Source of the DNA: Candidatus Buchananbacteria bacterium
GTDB taxonomy: Bacteria; Patescibacteriota; Patescibacteriia; 2-01-FULL-39-33
Direction of reading: 5' to 3'
Assembly: GCA_041666945.1 (NCBI GenBank)
Contig: JBAYFY010000001.1
Coordinates: 182,627 to 246,626, forward strand
DNA: 64,000 bases
Shown piece after piece: positions 19,181-27,111 of this stretch. A program made the translations under genes and the position numbers. The stretch's first letter is position 1. Each line of letters opens with the position of its first letter. The notes under the pieces were generated by a model that saw only the letters and a program-made list of their open reading frames with translations, was not told where the DNA came from and did no database searches.

Positions 19181-19904
19181 AATAAAAATTTTTTTAAAGG
19201 ACCTTTTGGCCGGTTTGCTTGTTTTTTTGCCCGCTCGCCCTAATCGGGCGGTTATTCTGATGTACCATTCGTTGGGCGATAACGGCAAATTTTTTACCGT
19301 TAAGCCGGCTGATTTTTCTCTCCAGCTTGATTATTTAAAACGGCATAAATATAATGTGGTTTCTCTGGCTGTTTTGTCCGGTTATTTGACGGCGGGAAAA
19401 ATCCCGCCGCGAACGGTCGTAATTACCTTTGATGACGGTTACGCGGATAATTACTCAATCGCCTTCCCGGAGTTAAAAAAGCACGGTTTTCCCGCCACGA
19501 TTTTTTTGGCCACCGGCTTGCCGTTTTCCGGTTTGTCTTTGCTGACCAACGATCAAATTTCAGAGATGATTGCTTCCGCTTTGATTGATTTTGAACCTCA
19601 CACCGTCAGCCATGCCAAGCTGACTAAAATAGATTTGGCCGAGGCGCGACGGGAGATTGTTGAATCACGAATCTCCGTTGAACGTCTTTGCCAAAAATCA
19701 GCATCATATTTTGCCTACCCCTATGGTTGCTACAATCAGCAGATTATTGAACTGCTGAAAACCAACGGTTTTGAGCTGGCCCTAACCGTCGCTAAGGGCG
19801 TCGTTAGCCCTAAGAGCAACCGCTGGCTGCTCAAGCGTAACGCCATTGACTCCGCCGTCAGCCCGGTTCAATTTAAGGCCATCGTTAAATTCGGCAAAAG
19901 ATAA
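19170..19904 (+). CDS. polysaccharide deacetylase (CE4/NodB domain)
   Basis: VILMYHSL, VITFDDGYADN, HTVSHAKL. Confidence 0.8.
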   Translation: MTDKIKIFLKDLLAGLLVFLPARPNRAVILMYHSLGDNGKFFTVKPADFSLQLDYLKRHKYNVVSLAVLSGYLTAGKIPPRTVVITFDDGYADNYSIAFPELKKHGFPATIFLATGLPFSGLSLLTNDQISEMIASALIDFEPHTVSHAKLTKIDLAEARREIVESRISVERLCQKSASYFAYPYGCYNQQIIELLKTNGFELALTVAKGVVSPKSNRWLLKRNAIDSAVSPVQFKAIVKFGKR

Positions 19905-19908
19905 GATT

Positions 19909-20973
19909 ATGACTATTTGTTATTTTGGAATTTATGACCCCGGCTACAGCCGCAACAGGATTTTGCTGGCTGGCTTGCGTTTAAACAATATTAAAGTGAT
20001 TGAATGCCGGACTGCCGTTAAGGGACCGCTGAAATATTGGGACCTAATCGGTAAACACTGGTCAATCAGGAAAAAGTATGATATCATGATCGTTGGCTTC
20101 CCGGGGTTTCAGGCGATGATTTTGGCCCGATTCTTGACTTCTAAACCGATAATTTTTGACGCTTTTTATTCCTTTTTTGATTCCATGGTTGAAGACAGGA
20201 AAATCGTCAAAGCCCGGAGTTTCAGGGGCGGGTATTATTGGTTTTTGGATTGGCTGTCTTGCCGTTTGGCCGATAAGATTTTGTTAGATACCAACGCTCA
20301 TATTGATTATTTTGTAAAAAAATTAAAACTGGAACGAAGCAAATTTTTCCGAGTCCTGGTCGGTTGCGACGATAAAGTGATTTTCCCCGAGCCGCTTAGG
20401 AAAAAGGATTATTTTCTGGTTCATTTCCATGGCAGTTTCATTCCCTTGCAAGGCGTAGAGTATATTATTGAAGCGGCAAAAATTTTGGAAAATGAAAATA
20501 TCAAATTTAATATTATCGGCCGCGGCCAGACCTATGGAGAGATTATTGATTTGGCGCGCCGCCGGCAAATCCATAATGTTAATTTTTTAGAGCCGGTTCC
20601 CCTTGAAACCCTAAGGGATTATTTGGCACAAGCCGATCTCTGCCTGGGCGTATTCGGTTGCACCGATAAAGCCAAAAGAGTCATTCCCAATAAAGTTTAT
20701 GAAGGTTTGGCGGCGCGGCGGCCGGTTCTGACCGGTGATTCTCCGGCCGTCAGGGAGTTGCTTACGGACGGGCGGACTGCGGTTTTTTGCCGCTTGGCCG
20801 ATGCTCAAGATCTGGCCGCCAAGATTTTGGAGTTGAGAGAGGGGAGAATTGATTACGAAACGATTGCCGCCAACGGTTATGAAGTTTATCAGCGATTATG
20901 CCGGCCGGAGATCTTGGTCAAACAATTGTTAGATAGCCGTTTATTTGAAGGATTATTGAATCGAAAAAAATAA
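19909..20973 (+). CDS. GT-B fold glycosyltransferase (GT4-like, divergent)
   Basis: C-terminal Rossmann pattern NIIGRGQ ... NKVYEGLAARRPVLTGDSPAVRELL. Start taken at the ATG at 19909, directly after the upstream stop; the ORF track's 19846 start overlaps the upstream gene. Confidence 0.6.
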   Translation: MTICYFGIYDPGYSRNRILLAGLRLNNIKVIECRTAVKGPLKYWDLIGKHWSIRKKYDIMIVGFPGFQAMILARFLTSKPIIFDAFYSFFDSMVEDRKIVKARSFRGGYYWFLDWLSCRLADKILLDTNAHIDYFVKKLKLERSKFFRVLVGCDDKVIFPEPLRKKDYFLVHFHGSFIPLQGVEYIIEAAKILENENIKFNIIGRGQTYGEIIDLARRRQIHNVNFLEPVPLETLRDYLAQADLCLGVFGCTDKAKRVIPNKVYEGLAARRPVLTGDSPAVRELLTDGRTAVFCRLADAQDLAAKILELREGRIDYETIAANGYEVYQRLCRPEILVKQLLDSRLFEGLLNRKK

Positions 20974-20975
20974 TT

Positions 20976-23135
20976 ATGCTAAAAATCAATCAGGATAAGG
21001 ATTTAATTTTTATTTTGCCGCCCAAACGACTCAAAGAGCATCGTTATTCTTTGGGCTTGATGTATATCTCCGGCTATTTGCGGGATCATGGTTTTGACAA
21101 TTTGATTATTGACGGAAAATTCATTGCTACCCGGGGTTATCAATATGATAATCGCGAAAGGGCCAAGGAAGAAATCATCAAGGCGGTTGTGGAACTCAAG
21201 CCGCAAGTAATCGGTTTTACGGCTACGACTATGGAAATCGCCGAAGCCGTAGAAATGAATCGGAGAATCAAAGCGGAACTCGAAGTGTTCTCAATAATCG
21301 GCGGACCTCAAGCCACAGCCGATCCGGCCGGCGTGATTAATTCCGGTTTTGACGTGGCCGTTATCGGCGAAGGTGAAAAAACCGCGCTGGAATTGATGGA
21401 AGAGCTGCAAAAAGAACAACCGGATTTGCAAAGAGTGCGAGGCATTGCCTGGCCGGATCAAAACAATAATGTTGTCATTAATGAGCAGCGCGAGTACATG
21501 GATTTAACTGATTTGAGTTTGCCGGCTTATGATAAAGTGAACATGGCTTACTATACCAAGATCTGGGACGATATTATCAGGGGCATCCCCATGAAGGCGG
21601 TTATGGTCATGGCCTCTCGGGGCTGTCCGTATAGCTGCACCTTTTGCGCCTGCAACCAAGTTTTCGGGCGTCAGGTGCGTTACCGCGATTTGGAAAACAT
21701 CAAAAAAGAAATCAACCTTTTAAAAAATGAATATAACGTTGAGGGAATTTGGTTTGCTGACGACACTTTGACGACTAATTACGATCACGTGAGGAAAATC
21801 TGCCGGATTATGAAGGAGTCCGGTTTGTATTGGGGCGCGCAATCGCGGGTGGATTTGGTTAATGAGGAAATTATTAAGTTAATGGCTGAAAGCGGTTGTT
21901 TGCAGCTTGATTTTGGCGTGGAATCTGGCAGTCAGCGGGTTTTGGATGAAATCATCAATAAAAGAATAAAATTATCCGACGTGGAAAAGGCCTTTGAACT
22001 CTGCCAGAAATATGGCATTCGCCGAGAAGCGGGCTTTATGATCGGTTTGCCGAACGAAACCAAGGAAGAGATGCGACAAACTTTTGAATTCGCCAAAAAA
22101 ATCAAAGCCGATCATTACTCTTTCAGTATCTTTACCGCCCTGCCGGGAACGAAACTTTTCAATGATTTTTTTAAAGATCGCATCAGTGTCGCCGATTATT
22201 GCAATTTTTCTTTTTTTCAAAGCCAGGATAAATTCAATCGTTCCGGCGTCAGCGATTCCCAAGAATTAGAAAAATTATTCGAGGGTTGGCGCCAGGGCAT
22301 ATTTGAAGGCGTAAAAAAGAGAGGTTTGACCCATTTTTTAAGATTAGCGGCGATTTGGTTTAAACTGGGTAATAAAAAAGAACGCTGGGATTTTATATTC
22401 TTTAAAATTAAACGGGCTTTCAAATATTATTTTGGCAAGATTAGTAAAGGCATAGCGCGATCGTTTTTTTTCGAAGGTACGCGGCGCCCCGATTTTAAAA
22501 ATATTTCCAAGCATTTGGACTATAATCAGTATTGGCTGGAACGAGGATTCAAATTACGCAGCAAATTGATGGAAAGGGAAGTAATCTTTTTGGATTGGAT
22601 TAATCGGGGAGCGAAAGTTTTGGATTTGGGCTGCGGCAGTTCCCGTTTGCCTTACGAACTGAAAGAAAAGAAGGGTTGCCAAGTCAGCGGCCTGGATATT
22701 TCCAGTTTAGTGATTGATAATTTAAAGCGAGCCGGCATTGGCGGGGTAGTGGCTGATATTGAAAGCCCTGATTTTCACTTGGCCGATCAATATGATTACA
22801 TTGTTATTTCGGAAGTTTTGGAACACATCAAATATCCCGAAAATTTAATCGCTAAGATAAAGAATAGCGCCGACTATTTGGCGATTTCAATTCCCAATTC
22901 CGCTTTTTACCGTTATCGTTTCGGATTGATGTTCGGGGGTAGATTTTTTACCCAATGGATGACCCATCCGGCCGAACATCTGCGTTTTTGGAGCCATAAT
23001 GATTTTTTGCTTTGGCTGAACGATCTGGGTTTGGAAGTCGTTAAGTTTAAGTCGTCCAACGGTTTCCGTTTTAAGGACGTCTGGCCCAACATGTTCGGGC
23101 ATCAAATTTGCTATTTGGTAAAAACAAAAAAATGA
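20976..23135 (+). CDS. fusion: B12-binding radical SAM (N-terminal, about 470 aa) + class I SAM-dependent methyltransferase (C-terminal, about 200 aa)
   Basis: SLPAYD, SRGCPYSCTFC, GEGEKT; then VLDLGCGSSRLPYEL ... ISEVLEHIKYPENL. Confidence 0.8.
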   Translation: MLKINQDKDLIFILPPKRLKEHRYSLGLMYISGYLRDHGFDNLIIDGKFIATRGYQYDNRERAKEEIIKAVVELKPQVIGFTATTMEIAEAVEMNRRIKAELEVFSIIGGPQATADPAGVINSGFDVAVIGEGEKTALELMEELQKEQPDLQRVRGIAWPDQNNNVVINEQREYMDLTDLSLPAYDKVNMAYYTKIWDDIIRGIPMKAVMVMASRGCPYSCTFCACNQVFGRQVRYRDLENIKKEINLLKNEYNVEGIWFADDTLTTNYDHVRKICRIMKESGLYWGAQSRVDLVNEEIIKLMAESGCLQLDFGVESGSQRVLDEIINKRIKLSDVEKAFELCQKYGIRREAGFMIGLPNETKEEMRQTFEFAKKIKADHYSFSIFTALPGTKLFNDFFKDRISVADYCNFSFFQSQDKFNRSGVSDSQELEKLFEGWRQGIFEGVKKRGLTHFLRLAAIWFKLGNKKERWDFIFFKIKRAFKYYFGKISKGIARSFFFEGTRRPDFKNISKHLDYNQYWLERGFKLRSKLMEREVIFLDWINRGAKVLDLGCGSSRLPYELKEKKGCQVSGLDISSLVIDNLKRAGIGGVVADIESPDFHLADQYDYIVISEVLEHIKYPENLIAKIKNSADYLAISIPNSAFYRYRFGLMFGGRFFTQWMTHPAEHLRFWSHNDFLLWLNDLGLEVVKFKSSNGFRFKDVWPNMFGHQICYLVKTKK

Positions 23136-24250
23136 AAATAATTTATTTAGCCAACATCAGAATGCCGACCGAAAAAGCCCATGGTTGGCAAATCATGAAA
23201 ATGTGCGGGACCTTCTCCGCCTTGGGCCACCAAGTTGAATTAGTGGTCCCGCGGCGCCTTAATAATCTTAAGGCCGATCCTTTCGCGTACTATAATTTGC
23301 CGCCTAACTTCAAAATTACCAAATTGCCTTGTTTGGACCTGATTTTTCTGGATAAAATCATCGGCAATCTGGCATTTTGGCTGGCCACCGCGACTTTTTT
23401 GCTGGCCAGCAGATGCTACGTGTTTTTTAGGGAATATGATATTATATATACGCGCGAAGAACAATTCGGCTTATTTTTTAAATCGGCTTTTTTAGAACTC
23501 CACTCTTTACCCGCCGCCAGCAAATCGTATCATCGCCTTTTTTGGCGGCGTTTTAAGCGAATTATCGTTCTGACTGATTTCATTAAAACCGCTTTAATAA
23601 ATAACGGAATTGCCGCCTCTGAAATATTGATTGCTCCCGATGGCGTTGATTTGGCCGATTTTGATTTGGCTCTTTCAGCGCCGGCCGCCAGAAACAAAGT
23701 TAATCTGCCTTTAGATAAAAAACTGATTGTTTATACCGGCCATCTTTACGGCTGGAAGGGGGCTCAAGTTTTGGCTGAAGCCGCTAAATATTTGCCCGCC
23801 CAAGCCCTGGTCGTCTTTATCGGCGGCACCGAGGAAGATGTCAGGACGTTTCAAAAGAAAAACGAGGGCAACGCCAATATTTTAATTCTGGGTCATCAAC
23901 CTCATCAACAGATTCCGTTTTATTTGAAAGCCGCCGACGTTCTGGTTTTGCCGAATTCCGGAAAAGAAAAAATTTCTCAGTTTTATACCTCACCGCTTAA
24001 ACTTTTTGAATATTTAGCCAGCGGCGCGCCCCTGGTCGCTTCTAATTTGCCGTCGCTTCGGGAAATTTTAAATGAGCAGAACGCCGTTTTGGTTGAACCG
24101 GATAATCCTCGCCTGTTAGCGGAGGGGATCAGTAAGGTTTTAACACAGCGGCAATTGGCCGAGGCCATTTCCCGCCAGGCCCACAATGACGCCCAAAAGT
24201 ACAGCTGGGAAAAGAGAACTGAAAAGATTATTTCTTTCTTTAATTCATAA
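23132..24250 (+). CDS. glycosyltransferase family 4
   Basis: ATGA start/stop overlap with the upstream gene. GT-B C-terminal domain TGHLYGWKG ... LFEYLASGAPLVASNLPSLREIL. Confidence 0.75.
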   Translation: MKIIYLANIRMPTEKAHGWQIMKMCGTFSALGHQVELVVPRRLNNLKADPFAYYNLPPNFKITKLPCLDLIFLDKIIGNLAFWLATATFLLASRCYVFFREYDIIYTREEQFGLFFKSAFLELHSLPAASKSYHRLFWRRFKRIIVLTDFIKTALINNGIAASEILIAPDGVDLADFDLALSAPAARNKVNLPLDKKLIVYTGHLYGWKGAQVLAEAAKYLPAQALVVFIGGTEEDVRTFQKKNEGNANILILGHQPHQQIPFYLKAADVLVLPNSGKEKISQFYTSPLKLFEYLASGAPLVASNLPSLREILNEQNAVLVEPDNPRLLAEGISKVLTQRQLAEAISRQAHNDAQKYSWEKRTEKIISFFNS

Positions 24251-24259
24251 ACAGCCGAA

Positions 24260-24916
24260 ATGTTCAAAGAATTTTTAACCGCCAAATTAACCAGAAAAAA
24301 AATAGACAACTTCGTCGCTCGCTACGCTTCGGCCGACAAATTGGTTTTGGATTTGGGCTGCGGCGACGCTGCTTATAAGGATTTGTTTCCCCGGCGAATC
24401 GGTTTTGACCATCGGCCGGGAGTTAATGTTGATGTCGTCGGCGATGCCCATCAATTGCCTTTTGCCGACGAAAAATTTGATTTAATCCTGTGTACGGAAT
24501 TATTAGAACATGTTCATTCGCCGGTTGTGGTCATAAAAGAGATGAAAAGAGTATTAAAGCCCGGCGGACTGCTGCTTTTGACTACCAGATTCGTTTTTCC
24601 CCTCCATGACGTGCCGAATGATTATTATCGTTTCACCAAATACGGCTTGAAGTTTTTATTCAGCGAGGGCTGGGAAATTTTAGAATTACAGGACGAGGCC
24701 TCAACTAAGGATACTTTGGCCATACTCTTGCAGCGCATCGGCTTTCAAGCCGATTTATTCGGCGGTCCCATAATGAAAGTGCCCCTATTCTTATCAGTTA
24801 AGCTATTATATTTCTTGCCCTCGCTGATTAAAAAGGAATTCGGCGATATCAGGCATTCGCGTCCGGAAAAAAATATTTTATCCAGCGGTTATTATTTAGC
24901 TTGTAAAAAAAAATAA
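24260..24916 (+). CDS. class I SAM-dependent methyltransferase
   Basis: VLDLGCGDAAYKD; LLEHVHSP; PGGLLLLT. Confidence 0.75.
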   Translation: MFKEFLTAKLTRKKIDNFVARYASADKLVLDLGCGDAAYKDLFPRRIGFDHRPGVNVDVVGDAHQLPFADEKFDLILCTELLEHVHSPVVVIKEMKRVLKPGGLLLLTTRFVFPLHDVPNDYYRFTKYGLKFLFSEGWEILELQDEASTKDTLAILLQRIGFQADLFGGPIMKVPLFLSVKLLYFLPSLIKKEFGDIRHSRPEKNILSSGYYLACKKK

Positions 24917-24920
24917 TGTT

Positions 24921-25616
24921 ATGAAAATCAATAAACTTTCCATTGTTATCCCGGCTTATAATGAAGCAAAAACCATTGAAGCCATCTTGCAAAGAGTGGC
25001 GGAAGCCGATTTGGGCGTAGCCAAAGAAATCATCGTGATTAATGACGGTTCCAGCGATAATTCCAAGGAGGTGCTGGATCGTTACCGGGATAAATACGTT
25101 ATTATCCATTTCTCGCAAAATCAAGGCAAGGGAGCGGGTGTGGCTGCCGGTTACCAGGTGGCGACTGGCGATTACATCGTGGTGCAGGACGCCGATTTGG
25201 AATATGATCCGAATGATTTGAAGAAATTAATAAACGAAGTGGAAAATTGCGGCGCTCAAGCGGTTTACGGTTCCAGGCGCTTGGGGCTGACCAGAAAGAA
25301 AAGCCCTAAAGCCGGTTGGTTTTATTATTTGGGCGGAGTTTATCTGACCTGGTTGACAAATTTCCTTTATGGCACGGCCATAACCGATGAGGCGACTTGC
25401 TATAAGATGGTCAGCAAGCAAGTTCTGGATAAGATAAACATTAAAGCCAAGGGTTTTGAATTCTGTCCGGAAGTAACGGCTAAAATTTCCCGGCAGGGCG
25501 TTAAAATCTATGAAGTGCCGATCTCTTATATTCCCCGCTCGCAAGAAGAAGGCAAAAAAATAAAACTTCGCGACGGTTTAATCGCCATTTGGACATTAAT
25601 CAAATATCGTTTTTAA
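24921..25616 (+). CDS. GT2 polyprenyl-phosphate sugar synthase (DPM1/GtrB-like), paralog of 16826..17521
   Basis: SIVIPAYNE, VINDGSSDNS, DADLEYD. Confidence 0.85.
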   Translation: MKINKLSIVIPAYNEAKTIEAILQRVAEADLGVAKEIIVINDGSSDNSKEVLDRYRDKYVIIHFSQNQGKGAGVAAGYQVATGDYIVVQDADLEYDPNDLKKLINEVENCGAQAVYGSRRLGLTRKKSPKAGWFYYLGGVYLTWLTNFLYGTAITDEATCYKMVSKQVLDKINIKAKGFEFCPEVTAKISRQGVKIYEVPISYIPRSQEEGKKIKLRDGLIAIWTLIKYRF

Positions 25617-25647
25617 TTTTTATCGTCTTTATTTTTAATTTATCGTT

Positions 25648-27111
25648 ATGAAAATAATTTTAGTCCAACCCCCGCTTACTTTGGAAGAGAGGTATGGAAT
25701 AAAAAGCAAAAGCGGAGGAGAGTCCATTCCCTTGGGGTTGGTATATTTAGCCGCCGCCGCCAGAGCGGCCGGGCATCAAGTGGATATTATTGATGCGGAG
25801 ATTTTAAATTTGAATACGGCCTCGACGGTAGAAAAGATTTTGGCGGCTGATCCCGCCGTTGTCGGTTTTACGGCAGTCACCATTTCAATAGACAACGCGG
25901 CGGCAGTCGCTCGGGAAATAAAAAAAATCAAACCGGAAATAATCACGTTAATCGGCGGCCATCATTTAAGCACGGCGCCGGAGGAGACCCTGAAACTTTA
26001 TCCTCAATTCGATTTGGGAATCATCGGCGAAGGCGAGAAAACTTTGGTGGAGCTGTTAGCGGCATTGGCCCGGGGCGCTTGGGATAAAAATCAGCTAAGG
26101 GAGATTAACGGTTTGATTTTTAAATCCGATGATTCCGATGAATTTATCATTACGGCTCCGCGAGACAGAATTATTGATTTGGACACCTTGCCGCAGCCGG
26201 CTTTTGACCTGTTGCCGGATTTAATCAAATACTCTCCGCCGGTTCACACGGTTAAAAAATTTCCCGCCTCCACCTTAGTCACCTCGCGAGGTTGTCCCGG
26301 CCAATGCACTTTCTGCACCAGAAGCGTTTACGGCAATATCCTGTCATCCCATTCGGCGGAATATATGATGGAATTGGTTTTATTGCTTTATCATAAATAC
26401 GGCATCAGAGAGATCCAATTTCGCGACGACAATTTTACGGTTTTCAAACCGCGCCTTTACAAATTCTGCGAACTGTTGAAAAAGGAAAAATTGGATTTGG
26501 TTTGGACGGCCCTGGCTCGCGTTGATATGGTTGAACCGGAGATGTTTAAAGCGATGAAAGCGGCCGGCTGTTGGCAGGTTTGGTATGGCGTGGAGTCGGG
26601 CAATGAAAATATTTTGAAATTAATCAAAAAAAACACTACCAAGGAACAGATTAGAAACGCCATTAACTGGACGAAGAAAGCGGGAATCGACGTGGGAGCG
26701 TTTTTTATCATGGGTCATCCCGGAGAAACCAAAGAAACGCTGCAGGAAACCATTGATTTTGCCTTAACTTTAAAAATAGACGAATTTCATTGCACCCTCA
26801 TGACGCCCTTGCCCGGTTCGGAGATCAGCGGCAATTACTCCCGCTACGGGACATTTGAAAAAAATTGGAAAAAAATGAATGAATGGGAGCCGGTTTTCGT
26901 GCCCTTCGGCTTAACGAAAGAGGAACTGATAAAATACAACAGATTATTTTTCCGTAAATTTTATTTCCGCCCCCGGATCGTTCTAAATTATATGAAACGC
27001 TTGAGAAGTCCCAAGCATGTTAAAATTTATTTTTTGGGTTTTTTGGCGCTTTGTGAATGGATTATTAGCGGTAAAAAGCGGCAAGAACAGAAAATCGTAT
27101 GTCAACAATAA
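25648..27111 (+). CDS. B12-binding domain radical SAM protein (class B)
   Basis: LPQPAFDLLP; SRGCPGQCTFC; GGHHLS, GEGEKT. Confidence 0.85.
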   Translation: MKIILVQPPLTLEERYGIKSKSGGESIPLGLVYLAAAARAAGHQVDIIDAEILNLNTASTVEKILAADPAVVGFTAVTISIDNAAAVAREIKKIKPEIITLIGGHHLSTAPEETLKLYPQFDLGIIGEGEKTLVELLAALARGAWDKNQLREINGLIFKSDDSDEFIITAPRDRIIDLDTLPQPAFDLLPDLIKYSPPVHTVKKFPASTLVTSRGCPGQCTFCTRSVYGNILSSHSAEYMMELVLLLYHKYGIREIQFRDDNFTVFKPRLYKFCELLKKEKLDLVWTALARVDMVEPEMFKAMKAAGCWQVWYGVESGNENILKLIKKNTTKEQIRNAINWTKKAGIDVGAFFIMGHPGETKETLQETIDFALTLKIDEFHCTLMTPLPGSEISGNYSRYGTFEKNWKKMNEWEPVFVPFGLTKEELIKYNRLFFRKFYFRPRIVLNYMKRLRSPKHVKIYFLGFLALCEWIISGKKRQEQKIVCQQ

